DNA of 56,188 bases, taken from positions 1 to 56,188 of IMG/VR virus record IMGVR_UViG_3300030329_001842; one strand, given 5' to 3'. The position numbers were made by a program, and so were the translations under genes. Below, one piece after another: positions 1-6,732 of the stretch. Positions within the stretch are counted from its first letter, which is position 1. Every line of letters begins with the position of its first letter. The notes beneath the pieces are model-generated. The model saw only the letters and a program-made list of their open reading frames with translations. It was not told the origin of the DNA and searched no databases. Origin of the DNA: a virus. Lineage: Duplodnaviria > Caudoviricetes.

Positions 1-2
1 TC

Positions 3-23
3 TCACCCCACAGAGCGGGGTGA
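3..23. terminator. GC-rich hairpin just downstream of the minus-strand micro-ORF cluster
   Basis: TCACCCC-acagagc-GGGGTGA, perfect 7-bp stem. Confidence 0.4.
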
Positions 24-28
24 CCGGT

Positions 29-184
29 TTATTTTGGCACTAAAAAATCATCGTCGTCAAAAATAAAATCTTCTGCGTTCCATGATTCTCTTTCTTTCTT
101 ATGAAGGGCCTTTAATTCTTTAACGGCCTTCCAGAATTTACGTGCTTCTTTGCTTGCTATATGGGTTCTTCCCCCCGTTTTCAT
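29..184 (-). CDS. small hypothetical protein (51 aa, acidic C-terminus)
   Basis: Manually translated MKTGGRTHIASKEARKFWKAV...DDDDFLVPK; starts 1 nt after the upstream stop; below the ORF-track cut-off. Confidence 0.55.
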   Translation of the reverse strand: MKTGGRTHIASKEARKFWKAVKELKALHKKERESWNAEDFIFDDDDFLVPK

Positions 185-185
185 T

Positions 186-350
186 TTACTCATCTTCTAC
201 CTCGATGTATTCTAATTGAACTTTTGCTTTTAATAAAGCTAAGTCTAAGTCTTCCTTTAATTGAGAAAGTATCTTTAATGTTCTTTGGTCGTTTGCTTTA
301 GCTTCGCACATTTTGCGGAACTTTTCGGCCGGTGTCTCGCTCCAACTCAT
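186..350 (-). CDS. small hypothetical protein (54 aa, coiled-coil-like)
   Basis: MSWSETPAEKFRKMCEAK...; GGAGG Shine-Dalgarno; ATGA overlap with the upstream ORF. Confidence 0.6.
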   Translation of the reverse strand: MSWSETPAEKFRKMCEAKANDQRTLKILSQLKEDLDLALLKAKVQLEYIEVEDE

Positions 351-487
351 TTTAAACCTCCAATTTCTAAAAGCTTTTCGGCTAATTGTTGTTCCTGAAT
401 TGGTCTTTCACCATTCTTAAAGTAAGCCAACTCCATACCAATGCATAGTAAGAAGTCGGTCCAATTTAATTGATTGTGTTCACTCAT
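347..487 (-). CDS. small hypothetical protein (46 aa)
   Basis: MSEHNQLNWTDFLLCIGMELAY...; GAGGTG SD; overlaps both neighbours. Confidence 0.6.
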   Translation of the reverse strand: MSEHNQLNWTDFLLCIGMELAYFKNGERPIQEQQLAEKLLEIGGLK

Positions 488-569
488 CGAACACCTCGAA
501 TGCTTCGCAAAAAGTTATAATAAATGTTCCTAAAAACATAATTATACTCCAAATCATTATAAAGCTCAT
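480..569 (-). CDS. small membrane peptide (29 aa)
   Basis: MSFIMIWSIIMFLGTFIITFCEAFEVFDE; TAAATG junction with 570..797; GGAGG SD. Confidence 0.5.
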   Translation of the reverse strand: MSFIMIWSIIMFLGTFIITFCEAFEVFDE

Positions 570-797
570 TTACCAAAAACCTCCGGCGGTTTTGTCAAGG
601 ACTACGTCTTTTGCGTGGCTTGACTTTGGGCTTCGGCGAATTCTTACGGCGTAGCCTTCGGAGTCCAATTCTCCATTTCTCAAAGCCTTGCTTACGGCTT
701 TTGCTTCCATTTCATCATAAAATGGGCCTTCCCATGATGGCATTACGTGACCATCCGAGAGTCTAATTATGTGTGTTAATACTTTTATTTTATACAT
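570..797 (-). CDS. hypothetical protein (75 aa)
   Basis: ORF track; GAGGT SD; lies downstream of the TATA cassette at 838-890. Confidence 0.7.
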   Translation of the reverse strand: MYKIKVLTHIIRLSDGHVMPSWEGPFYDEMEAKAVSKALRNGELDSEGYAVRIRRSPKSSHAKDVVLDKTAGGFW

Positions 798-837
798 ATT
801 TTTTACCTCTTTCTTATAATTTACTTACGGTTTCAAA

Positions 838-889
838 GTATATAAAGGTTTGGTTCATTTTAGTATATAAAGGTCGAGGGTCCTTATAT
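838..889. promoter_or_regulatory. triple-TATA cassette, copy 1 (two minus-strand CCTTTATATA boxes, one plus-strand box)
   Basis: gtatataaaggtttg...gtatataaaggtcgagggtccttatata; near-copy at 1593-1644. Confidence 0.6.
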
Positions 890-948
890 ACCCCTAATTA
901 TGGCCCGAACGCACTTTTTAGAATAAACGTATAGGGAAAACAAAATCA

Positions 949-991
949 GCGGGGCTACCGGCGCCAATAATGCTGGCGCCGTGCACCCCGC
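949..991 (-). terminator. strong GC hairpin downstream of the tRNA, followed by a T-rich tract on the minus strand
   Basis: GCGGGG..CGGCGCCA-loop-TGGCGCCG..CCCCGC, then TGATTTTGTTTT on the minus strand. Confidence 0.5.
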
Positions 992-1012
992 AGCATAATA
1001 CTATATGATACT

Positions 1013-1088
1013 TGGCAGAGACACCGGGATTTGAACCCGGGTCCTTGGGTCGAAAGCCCAAGATGATGGACCACTACACTATGTCTCC
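1013..1088 (-). tRNA. tRNA-Glu (anticodon TTC), CCA encoded, no intron
   Basis: GGAGACA/TGTCTCT acceptor stem, TTGGG-CTTTCGA-CCCAA anticodon arm, CCGGG-TTCAAAT-CCCGG T-arm, 3' GCCA; 76 nt. Confidence 0.95.
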
Positions 1089-1090
1089 AC

Positions 1091-1410
1091 TAATAAGGTT
1101 GAGGGATGTAGGTCGTGAGAACCCACTCATGCTAACCACGGGCTTCCAACCGCGTGTGTCGCGAACACTCTAGTCATACATACCCTAGACCCGAAAGCCT
1201 CTTGATACATATGCTATTTTGCACTTCGCCATTCTTGTCAAGCGTCCCTCGCTTTAACGTTGGGTATTAACCAACGATTATGGCCAATAATTGTAAGGGA
1301 AGGGTTGCAATACTATTTTGCTATTTTCATCTTTTTAGGTCAAGACACGGTCGATAGTGTCTTAGTTCCCCTTCCGGTAATTACCCCATGGGGGGGTATT
1401 TACAATTTCC
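1091..1410 (-). ncRNA. candidate large structured non-coding RNA directly upstream of tRNA-Glu
   Basis: About 10 nested stems, e.g. 1400-07/1289-96, 1369-75/1298-1304, 1342-48/1357-63, 1258-63/1271-76, 1245-50/1101-06; no substantial ORF on the minus strand. Confidence 0.55.
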
Positions 1411-1468
1411 TTGTTGCGTATGATATACCGACTAACCATGTTAGTAAGCTTGATTGATACTTATTCAT
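1400..1468 (-). CDS. possible 22-aa peptide
   Basis: MNKYQSSLLTWLVGISYATRKL; GGAGG SD; TAAATG coupling to the upstream ORF. Confidence 0.35.
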   Translation of the reverse strand: MNKYQSSLLTWLVGISYATRKL

Positions 1469-1552
1469 TTATTTCCTCCATTGTGTGTGTCTTGTTTGTG
1501 TTGCCATTCTTGACGTTGCTTTCCATATCTTTAATGCTTGTTTTGATGTCAT
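1469..1552 (-). CDS. basic 27-aa peptide
   Basis: MTSKQALKIWKATSRMATQTRHTQWRK; GAGG SD; downstream of TATA cassette copy 2. Confidence 0.45.
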   Translation of the reverse strand: MTSKQALKIWKATSRMATQTRHTQWRK

Positions 1553-1592
1553 GTTTTTTTCCTCTTTCTCTTATATTACATATAGCAACCAA

Positions 1593-1644
1593 GTATATAA
1601 AGGTTTGCCTCTTTTTGGTATATAAACCTCGAGGGCCTTTATAT
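1593..1644. promoter_or_regulatory. triple-TATA cassette, copy 2
   Basis: gtatataaaggtttgcctctttttggtatataaacctcgagggcctttatata, colinear with 838-889. Confidence 0.6.
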
Positions 1645-1652
1645 ATTCCGTT

Positions 1653-1757
1653 TTAGGCTCCGCTACCCCCTTGGCGCGTCTTGGCCAAGTTGATGGCTTG
1701 CATTGCCTTAAGCTTTGCAAGCATTGCGGATGCCATTTTGGTTCTATTTGTTTTCAT
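1653..1757 (-). CDS. basic 34-aa peptide with its own promoter
   Basis: MKTNRTKMASAMLAKLKAMQAINLAKTRQGGSGA; AAGGAGG SD; AAAGCTTATATA box at about 1796-1807 on the minus strand. Confidence 0.55.
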   Translation of the reverse strand: MKTNRTKMASAMLAKLKAMQAINLAKTRQGGSGA

Positions 1758-2012
1758 TTTTGTTTGCCTCCTTGCTAATACCCACGCGCCCCGCATATAT
1801 AAGCTTTGTGGTCTTGTGCTAACATACCCCCCGTCTAAACAGAACGAGAGGGTGTTAAATTCTTATCGTCTAGGGGTGTAAACAAATCGAGGAAATTTTG
1901 AAAGTAACTCTATAGGGTCTAACTAGATAGTACCAGTGGAGCACTACTATATTAAGCTATATAGTATAATATAGCATTACATAAGAAGCATACAGTGGTA
2001 ACGAAAGGACAC

Positions 2013-2024
2013 AAGCTTTATATA
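2013..2024 (+). promoter_or_regulatory. archaeal BRE/TATA promoter (leaderless, ATG 23 nt downstream)
   Basis: AAGCTTTATATA, a motif repeated across the window. Confidence 0.7.
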
Positions 2025-2047
2025 CCCCTTCTACATTTCTGATATTA

Positions 2048-2347
2048 ATGACAACAACAGCAAAAATAGCAAAGACATGTGAAGACATTAAAACTCTCCT
2101 ATTGGAGAAAAATGCTAATTATGGAGATAGCGCACTAAAGCCTCTCAACATATTTAGTAAGCTCGATTCGGCAGAAGCAATTTGTGCACGAATAGATGAT
2201 AAATTGGCTCGAATAAGCAATAGAGGGCTCAATGACGCAACAGAAGACACAATTGATGACTTAATAGGTTATCTAATCCTTCTCAGAATAGCCAGAGGGG
2301 GAGCTTCAATAGAGCCTAAAGGCATAGATATAGGAGCATCAGCATGA
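2048..2347 (+). CDS. nucleotide-modification-associated domain 1 (DUF1599/Nmad1-like) protein
   Basis: KNANYGDSA...RIDDKLARI...EDTIDDLIGYLIL signature. Confidence 0.75.
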   Translation: MTTTAKIAKTCEDIKTLLLEKNANYGDSALKPLNIFSKLDSAEAICARIDDKLARISNRGLNDATEDTIDDLIGYLILLRIARGGASIEPKGIDIGASA

Positions 2348-3027
2348 TTAGCCATGACCTTGGCCTTATAGTGCCTGAGATACCTAAATGCGGTAGTTCT
2401 GCAATGTATGCACATCTATTAAGCAAGGATAGCACATTGGACCGTAAAGACCATGCTGCTTTAATAGAGTATAGAAACTACATTAAGCCGGGTATTGATT
2501 ACACAGCCCGATTTTTAGGTAGAAACCCATATACGCGTGCTGTATCAGCGTTCGAATATGGAAAACGTCATGACAACCATTCCAGTCTGAATGGTGTTAC
2601 ATTATTAGATGATGATGTTACGTTCCAGATGTGGTATAATGCTATACAATATCAAGATTTGTTTAGAGACCACGGTACAGAAGGTATGTATTTTGAAGGT
2701 AAAGAAGAAGGTTTAACAGGTTGTTTTAGAACTCAGACCTCTTTTGTTAACTATATAGACGATTCTAGAAGCTTTAATAGTGAAAGATGTGACGATTTAC
2801 TTAAAAAACATGAATTTATACGCCTCGAAGAGTGGGGAAAGGATAAATCAGTTGTGAATTCTCATAGAAATACCAATGAAGGTAGGCGTTATGAGTTAAA
2901 ACACTGGAATTTATACTATACAGACATGGAGATTGTAAAGCAAATTGAGTTATTATATAAAGATGACTTTATTCTATGGGGATATGACCCAAAAATCAAT
3001 CCATATACGGAGGAACCATGGCAGTAG
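2344..3027 (+). CDS. sulfotransferase family 2-like protein
   Basis: IPKCGSS (5'-PSB), RNPYTRAVSAF (3'-PB), C-terminal LYKDDFILWGY. Confidence 0.75.
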   Translation: MISHDLGLIVPEIPKCGSSAMYAHLLSKDSTLDRKDHAALIEYRNYIKPGIDYTARFLGRNPYTRAVSAFEYGKRHDNHSSLNGVTLLDDDVTFQMWYNAIQYQDLFRDHGTEGMYFEGKEEGLTGCFRTQTSFVNYIDDSRSFNSERCDDLLKKHEFIRLEEWGKDKSVVNSHRNTNEGRRYELKHWNLYYTDMEIVKQIELLYKDDFILWGYDPKINPYTEEPWQ

Positions 3028-4019
3028 ACGGTTGGGAACCCAGTTTTATGAGGTTAAGTCCCTCAAAAATCAATACTTACCATAAATGTCCTAGAGAATT
3101 CTATTACAAATACATAGCTCAGATGCCCGAAAAGAAAACAATACATTTATTTCGTGGAACTTTAGTGCATGCTGTACTAGAAGACCTGTTTAAGAAGCAA
3201 TTTCGTAATTTTACGGCTTGGGAAAAGGGAAATCCAGCAGAATGGATGGAAGAACAGTTCCAAACTAGGTGGGCTAAGGATATAGATAGTAAAACTTGGC
3301 TGTCTGAATTACACACCGCGGACGAAATGGCAGCTATGAAGCTTGAAACACAGGAATTATTACAAAATTTTGTAGGTTCTGTCAATAAAAAGCTTAACGA
3401 AATGGTGACTTGGAAGATTTACAAGTCAAAATGGCAAGCATGGAACTCTGTAGCGCCAAAATATGCAGAAAAATGGGTAAAATCCAAAGATTATGCAGTT
3501 ATTGGGATAGTGGATGCTGTCTGTTCCGACTTTGATGGAGGAACTACTCTTCTGGATTACAAGACATCTAAGCGATATGGACCATATCTACCAGAAGATT
3601 ATTACAGACAGCTTATAATTTACGCATTTTTATATACTTTAGAGATGGGAGAGATGCCAAATTTCGTAGGTGTAAGCTATTTACGCTTTGATGACACGTT
3701 TTATGTGAAGGTTAATCAAGGTGTTTTAGATGAAGCTAAAGAAGTTATCATGTTTGTACATGATTGTTTGAAAGAAAGGATGAAAGATGAAGAAAAATAT
3801 GAACAAAAACCTCAAAATTTATGTAAATGGTGTTCTTTTTACGTCGGAAATGGAGGACCATGTGACGTACAATTACCAAAATGGAAACCAAAAGGTAAAA
3901 GCTACACCAAAAAGCCAAATGTAAAGGCTGTTAATGCTATAATTGATGACGATATCGTAGATAATCTACCTCAATATGAAGATGGAGAGAAAAATACGGT
4001 CTGGCCAGACAAAGATTAG
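3018..4019 (+). CDS. PD-(D/E)XK RecB/Cas4-like exonuclease
   Basis: LSPSKINTYHKCP, GTLVH, GIVD...DYKT, QL..YA, C-terminal CKWCSF..C. Confidence 0.85.
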   Translation: MAVDGWEPSFMRLSPSKINTYHKCPREFYYKYIAQMPEKKTIHLFRGTLVHAVLEDLFKKQFRNFTAWEKGNPAEWMEEQFQTRWAKDIDSKTWLSELHTADEMAAMKLETQELLQNFVGSVNKKLNEMVTWKIYKSKWQAWNSVAPKYAEKWVKSKDYAVIGIVDAVCSDFDGGTTLLDYKTSKRYGPYLPEDYYRQLIIYAFLYTLEMGEMPNFVGVSYLRFDDTFYVKVNQGVLDEAKEVIMFVHDCLKERMKDEEKYEQKPQNLCKWCSFYVGNGGPCDVQLPKWKPKGKSYTKKPNVKAVNAIIDDDIVDNLPQYEDGEKNTVWPDKD

Positions 4020-4034
4020 CGAAAGCTTTATATA
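4019..4034 (+). promoter_or_regulatory. BRE/TATA promoter overlapping the upstream stop codon
   Basis: GCGAAAGCTTTATATA, 24 nt before ATG 4059. Confidence 0.75.
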
Positions 4035-4058
4035 GGAGCGTGTCGTATAATTATTTAT

Positions 4059-5108
4059 ATGGCGCGCGATGATTATGGAGCTATTTCCGTAATCTCTGAT
4101 GAAGAAAAAGAGATTTTAGGAATTGGTGGTCCAAAGAAACCTGAAGAAGAAGAAGAAAAACTCTTCGAAACTATAGGTAAAGCTGCTGACAAAATAGGGG
4201 AAACCCAAGTTGGTAAGAAGATTGGTACAATAATCACCGTGGTTATGTTAGCAATTCTTAGTGGCGGCGCTAATATGTCCATAATTCATGAATTTTTAAA
4301 CGGAGATGATGATATTGGTCCTATTGGTGGATGTTTAGAAGAAAATGCCACAAATTATAACCCAAAAGCTACATTTGATGATGGAAGTTGTAATTTTATA
4401 GTGATTGTGTATGGTTGTACGGACCCTGAAGCGGTTAATTACGACCCACAAGCGACACACGATAATGGGCGATGTAACATTTTAAACCAAAATGGTACTG
4501 GAAACAACGAAACACAGACAAATGAGACAGTTTATGGCTGTATGGACGTAGATGCTAACAACTATAACGAACGCGCTACAGAAGATGATGGCTCTTGTGA
4601 CTATGAAAATGAAGAAAATCACTGTAATCATACTGATATGTATGCTTATAACGGTCTTTCTCATGGAAATGTGTCCAGACCATCTAATAACAGTTTAGAT
4701 TTCTTTATGGATTTCGATACAAACTGTGATGACATGGAAGAACCTCTACCGATAATGGTGTATTATGATTTGGTACACATTATGATTGAAGAAGATGAAA
4801 ATGGAAACAAATCAATGAGCTACGATAATTACATTTACACTCAAGTATTTTTTAACATATCAGGGTGGTTTAGTGATGAACACTGGTTTGAATACGAAGA
4901 GTTATTTGAGGAACCATTAGAAGATAACTTTAATGATATACACGAAGGTTACTGGTTCTATTATACTTCATATTATGCAGATTATAACGGAGATGGTGAT
5001 TATTATGGATATGAAGATGGTGAAGATTACATAGATGAATATGTAGGTTACTCCACAAATTGGGGTAACGGAGAATTAGAAGAAATGGGATGGGTACTTG
5101 AAGTATGA
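4059..5108 (+). CDS. single-pass membrane/surface protein with three GCxDxxAxNY..A..DDGSC repeats and an acidic C-terminal domain
   Basis: TM segment IGTIITVVMLAILSGG; GCLEENATNY, GCTDPEAVNY and GCMDVDANNY repeats. Confidence 0.75.
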   Translation: MARDDYGAISVISDEEKEILGIGGPKKPEEEEEKLFETIGKAADKIGETQVGKKIGTIITVVMLAILSGGANMSIIHEFLNGDDDIGPIGGCLEENATNYNPKATFDDGSCNFIVIVYGCTDPEAVNYDPQATHDNGRCNILNQNGTGNNETQTNETVYGCMDVDANNYNERATEDDGSCDYENEENHCNHTDMYAYNGLSHGNVSRPSNNSLDFFMDFDTNCDDMEEPLPIMVYYDLVHIMIEEDENGNKSMSYDNYIYTQVFFNISGWFSDEHWFEYEELFEEPLEDNFNDIHEGYWFYYTSYYADYNGDGDYYGYEDGEDYIDEYVGYSTNWGNGELEEMGWVLEV

Positions 5109-5191
5109 CAACATACTATAGTTATATAACAATGAAAAGATATAGGAAATTACTGGAAGCACTAGGAGAGGAGGTTGTAAATGACAAATGA
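5105..5191 (+). CDS. possible 28-aa peptide
   Basis: MTTYYSYITMKRYRKLLEALGEEVVNDK; ATGA overlaps at both ends. Confidence 0.35.
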   Translation: MTTYYSYITMKRYRKLLEALGEEVVNDK

Positions 5192-5796
5192 AGTCACTTG
5201 CAATGACGATTCTGGAGATTGCAGCTGCTACTATGGCGGTGATGGCATGTGCTTTTGCAATGGTAATTTTACTTATAATGTTCAGACAAATGATAACGAA
5301 GTTAATATCTCCATTACGATTAGGAGCCTTGATTCACAGCGCGCCAAAGATTGTGAAGAAGGACAAACCAAAGAAGACGAAGAAGACAAGGAGGACTGAA
5401 AGAATGAGTAAAGACACAGCAAGTGAAGGAGTTACATTCAACGACATCTTTATGTTTATGATAGCTGTACCTTTAGTTTTACTATGGGTAGGTTTTGCAG
5501 GATTCGTTATACACAGCGGACTACAAGACGACTCTGTTCTTGAACAAATCGAAGGTTATACAACGTTGATAGCTATATTAGGTGGGCCAGCCCTTCTAAT
5601 CATCAAAGACGCCTTAGATGTATGGAAACAAGAACAAGCAGAGAAAACAGCTTTCTATAAGGTAAAGGCACAAGCAGTTATAGATTACAATGACGCTGCT
5701 CAGAAGCAAATGCAAATGATTGAAGCAAACGCACAAGCTCAAGAGCACAAGATGGAAGCATCTACCATTGATAAAGTAACAGCTAAAAAGAAGTAA
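5188..5796 (+). CDS. membrane protein (2-3 TM segments); start could be 5404
   Basis: Hydrophobic segments and a C-terminal coiled coil. Confidence 0.7.
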   Translation: MKSLAMTILEIAAATMAVMACAFAMVILLIMFRQMITKLISPLRLGALIHSAPKIVKKDKPKKTKKTRRTERMSKDTASEGVTFNDIFMFMIAVPLVLLWVGFAGFVIHSGLQDDSVLEQIEGYTTLIAILGGPALLIIKDALDVWKQEQAEKTAFYKVKAQAVIDYNDAAQKQMQMIEANAQAQEHKMEASTIDKVTAKKK

Positions 5797-5803
5797 TTGA
5801 CGT

Positions 5804-5815
5804 AAGCTTTATATA
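5804..5815 (+). promoter_or_regulatory. TATA promoter upstream of the candidate small RNA
   Basis: AAGCTTTATATA. Confidence 0.6.
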
Positions 5816-5836
5816 GTCTTACGCCGTATTAATATT

Positions 5837-5898
5837 GTGGCTCTCACAAGACCACGAACCCATTGGATACTTACGCAAAATGCGTCTCCGAGGGCCAC
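5837..5898 (+). ncRNA. candidate 62-nt structured small RNA
   Basis: 9-bp closing stem GTGGCTCTC/GAGGGCCAC (one G-U), inner GGA/TCC and ACGCA-AAA-TGCGT; begins about 21 nt after a TATA box. Confidence 0.5.
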
Positions 5899-5903
5899 AA
5901 CAA

Positions 5904-5918
5904 CGAAAGCTTTATATA
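5904..5918 (+). promoter_or_regulatory. BRE/TATA promoter of the packaging operon
   Basis: CGAAAGCTTTATATA; AGGTGA SD before ATG 5954. Confidence 0.75.
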
Positions 5919-5953
5919 GTCCTGTATGATTATATAATAACAGGTGAATACCT

Positions 5954-6394
5954 ATGGCAAACGAAACAAATAACAACACAGCAACCAATAACACAGCTGA
6001 TAATAATACCGCAGATGACGGTAACTTAACAGCTATATTGGATACTGTAGAAGAATCAGGTTTGTTAGATACCCTTATGGATGAACCATTACTTATGGCA
6101 TTAGCTGCTTTAGTATTGGGTATGGGCGGTTATATCGCTTATACTGTACCAGCAGTTAAAATGTTAGTCTTTAAATACTTAAAGAATAACGAAGCTGAGT
6201 TAATGGATTTATTAGATAAGAATCTAACCAAAGCCCAAATGAAAGCCTTTGACAAATTAGATGAGCAAGCTAAATTACACGTCAAAGATTCTTTAGTCCG
6301 TAATGTATTAATTACAGCTTGGGACGAAAAGGACGACGAGTTAGCTGGCTTAGTTAAATCTAAAGTTAAAGCAGCACTCGATGAATCCAAGTAA
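5954..6394 (+). CDS. membrane protein (1 TM, N/T-rich N-terminus)
   Basis: ORF track; LLMALAALVLGMGGYIAY helix. Confidence 0.7.
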   Translation: MANETNNNTATNNTADNNTADDGNLTAILDTVEESGLLDTLMDEPLLMALAALVLGMGGYIAYTVPAVKMLVFKYLKNNEAELMDLLDKNLTKAQMKAFDKLDEQAKLHVKDSLVRNVLITAWDEKDDELAGLVKSKVKAALDESK

Positions 6395-6732
6395 TGGACG
6401 TCGAGGGATACGAAGCGCGACTACGCGAGAGGGTAGGAGAAGCAGAATATGCTAGGCATAAAGAGCTTGTCCTCCTTCTGGCACGCAATCTTGCTCTTGA
6501 AGACGTGCTTTGGCAAGAAATTTCTATACATATTCGGGATGTTGACTTACGAACAGAGCTCTTGCGACAAAGAAACTCGATTGTACGTGATATCCATACT
6601 GAGTTTCGTGCTCTTAATATAGAAGTTCCAACAGTAACTGAAAAGAATACAGAAAATTTTATGGCAATGTTAAGTGATTTAGATGACAATCCCAGTGAAG
6701 AACGAACAGAAGAAGCTGAACGCAGCGATTAG
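6394..6732 (+). CDS. putative terminase small subunit
   Basis: Helical 112-aa ORF overlapping the start of the terminase large subunit; assigned by position. Confidence 0.55.
   Translation: MDVEGYEARLRERVGEAEYARHKELVLLLARNLALEDVLWQEISIHIRDVDLRTELLRQRNSIVRDIHTEFRALNIEVPTVTEKNTENFMAMLSDLDDNPSEERTEEAERSD

Noticed and set aside
990-1012. tRNA-associated HDV-like (theta) ribozyme after the tRNA 3' end
   Set aside because: Only a simple hairpin follows; no nested double pseudoknot could be built
1013-1088. tRNA as a provirus attachment site
   Set aside because: No integrase, no duplicated tRNA 3' end and no host genes in the window
1091-1410. SRP RNA, RNase P RNA, tmRNA or group I intron identity for the structured region
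   Set aside because: CCGGAAGG lacks the flanking AGG/AGCA of SRP helix 8; no GAGGAAAGUCC; GACUA and UAGUC are in the wrong order for group I P7; no canonical T-loop plus CCA
1260-1881. Plus-strand ORFs 1260..1457, 1411..1656 and 1681..1881
   Set aside because: TTG starts with no SD; antisense to micro-ORFs that have SD sites and promoters
3018-4019. Cas4 as evidence of a CRISPR system
   Set aside because: Stand-alone Cas4/RecB-like nucleases are common in archaeal viruses; no array or other cas genes
5181-5399. 72-aa Cys-rich ORF overlapping 5188..5796
   Set aside because: It has a good GGAGG SD so is not fully excluded, but it lies inside the longer membrane-protein frame and the sequence alone cannot decide; not listed as a feature
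5809-6029. ORFs 5809..5994 (-) and 5835..6029 (+)
   Set aside because: They run across two promoters and the start of 5954..6394; the region is better explained by a small RNA
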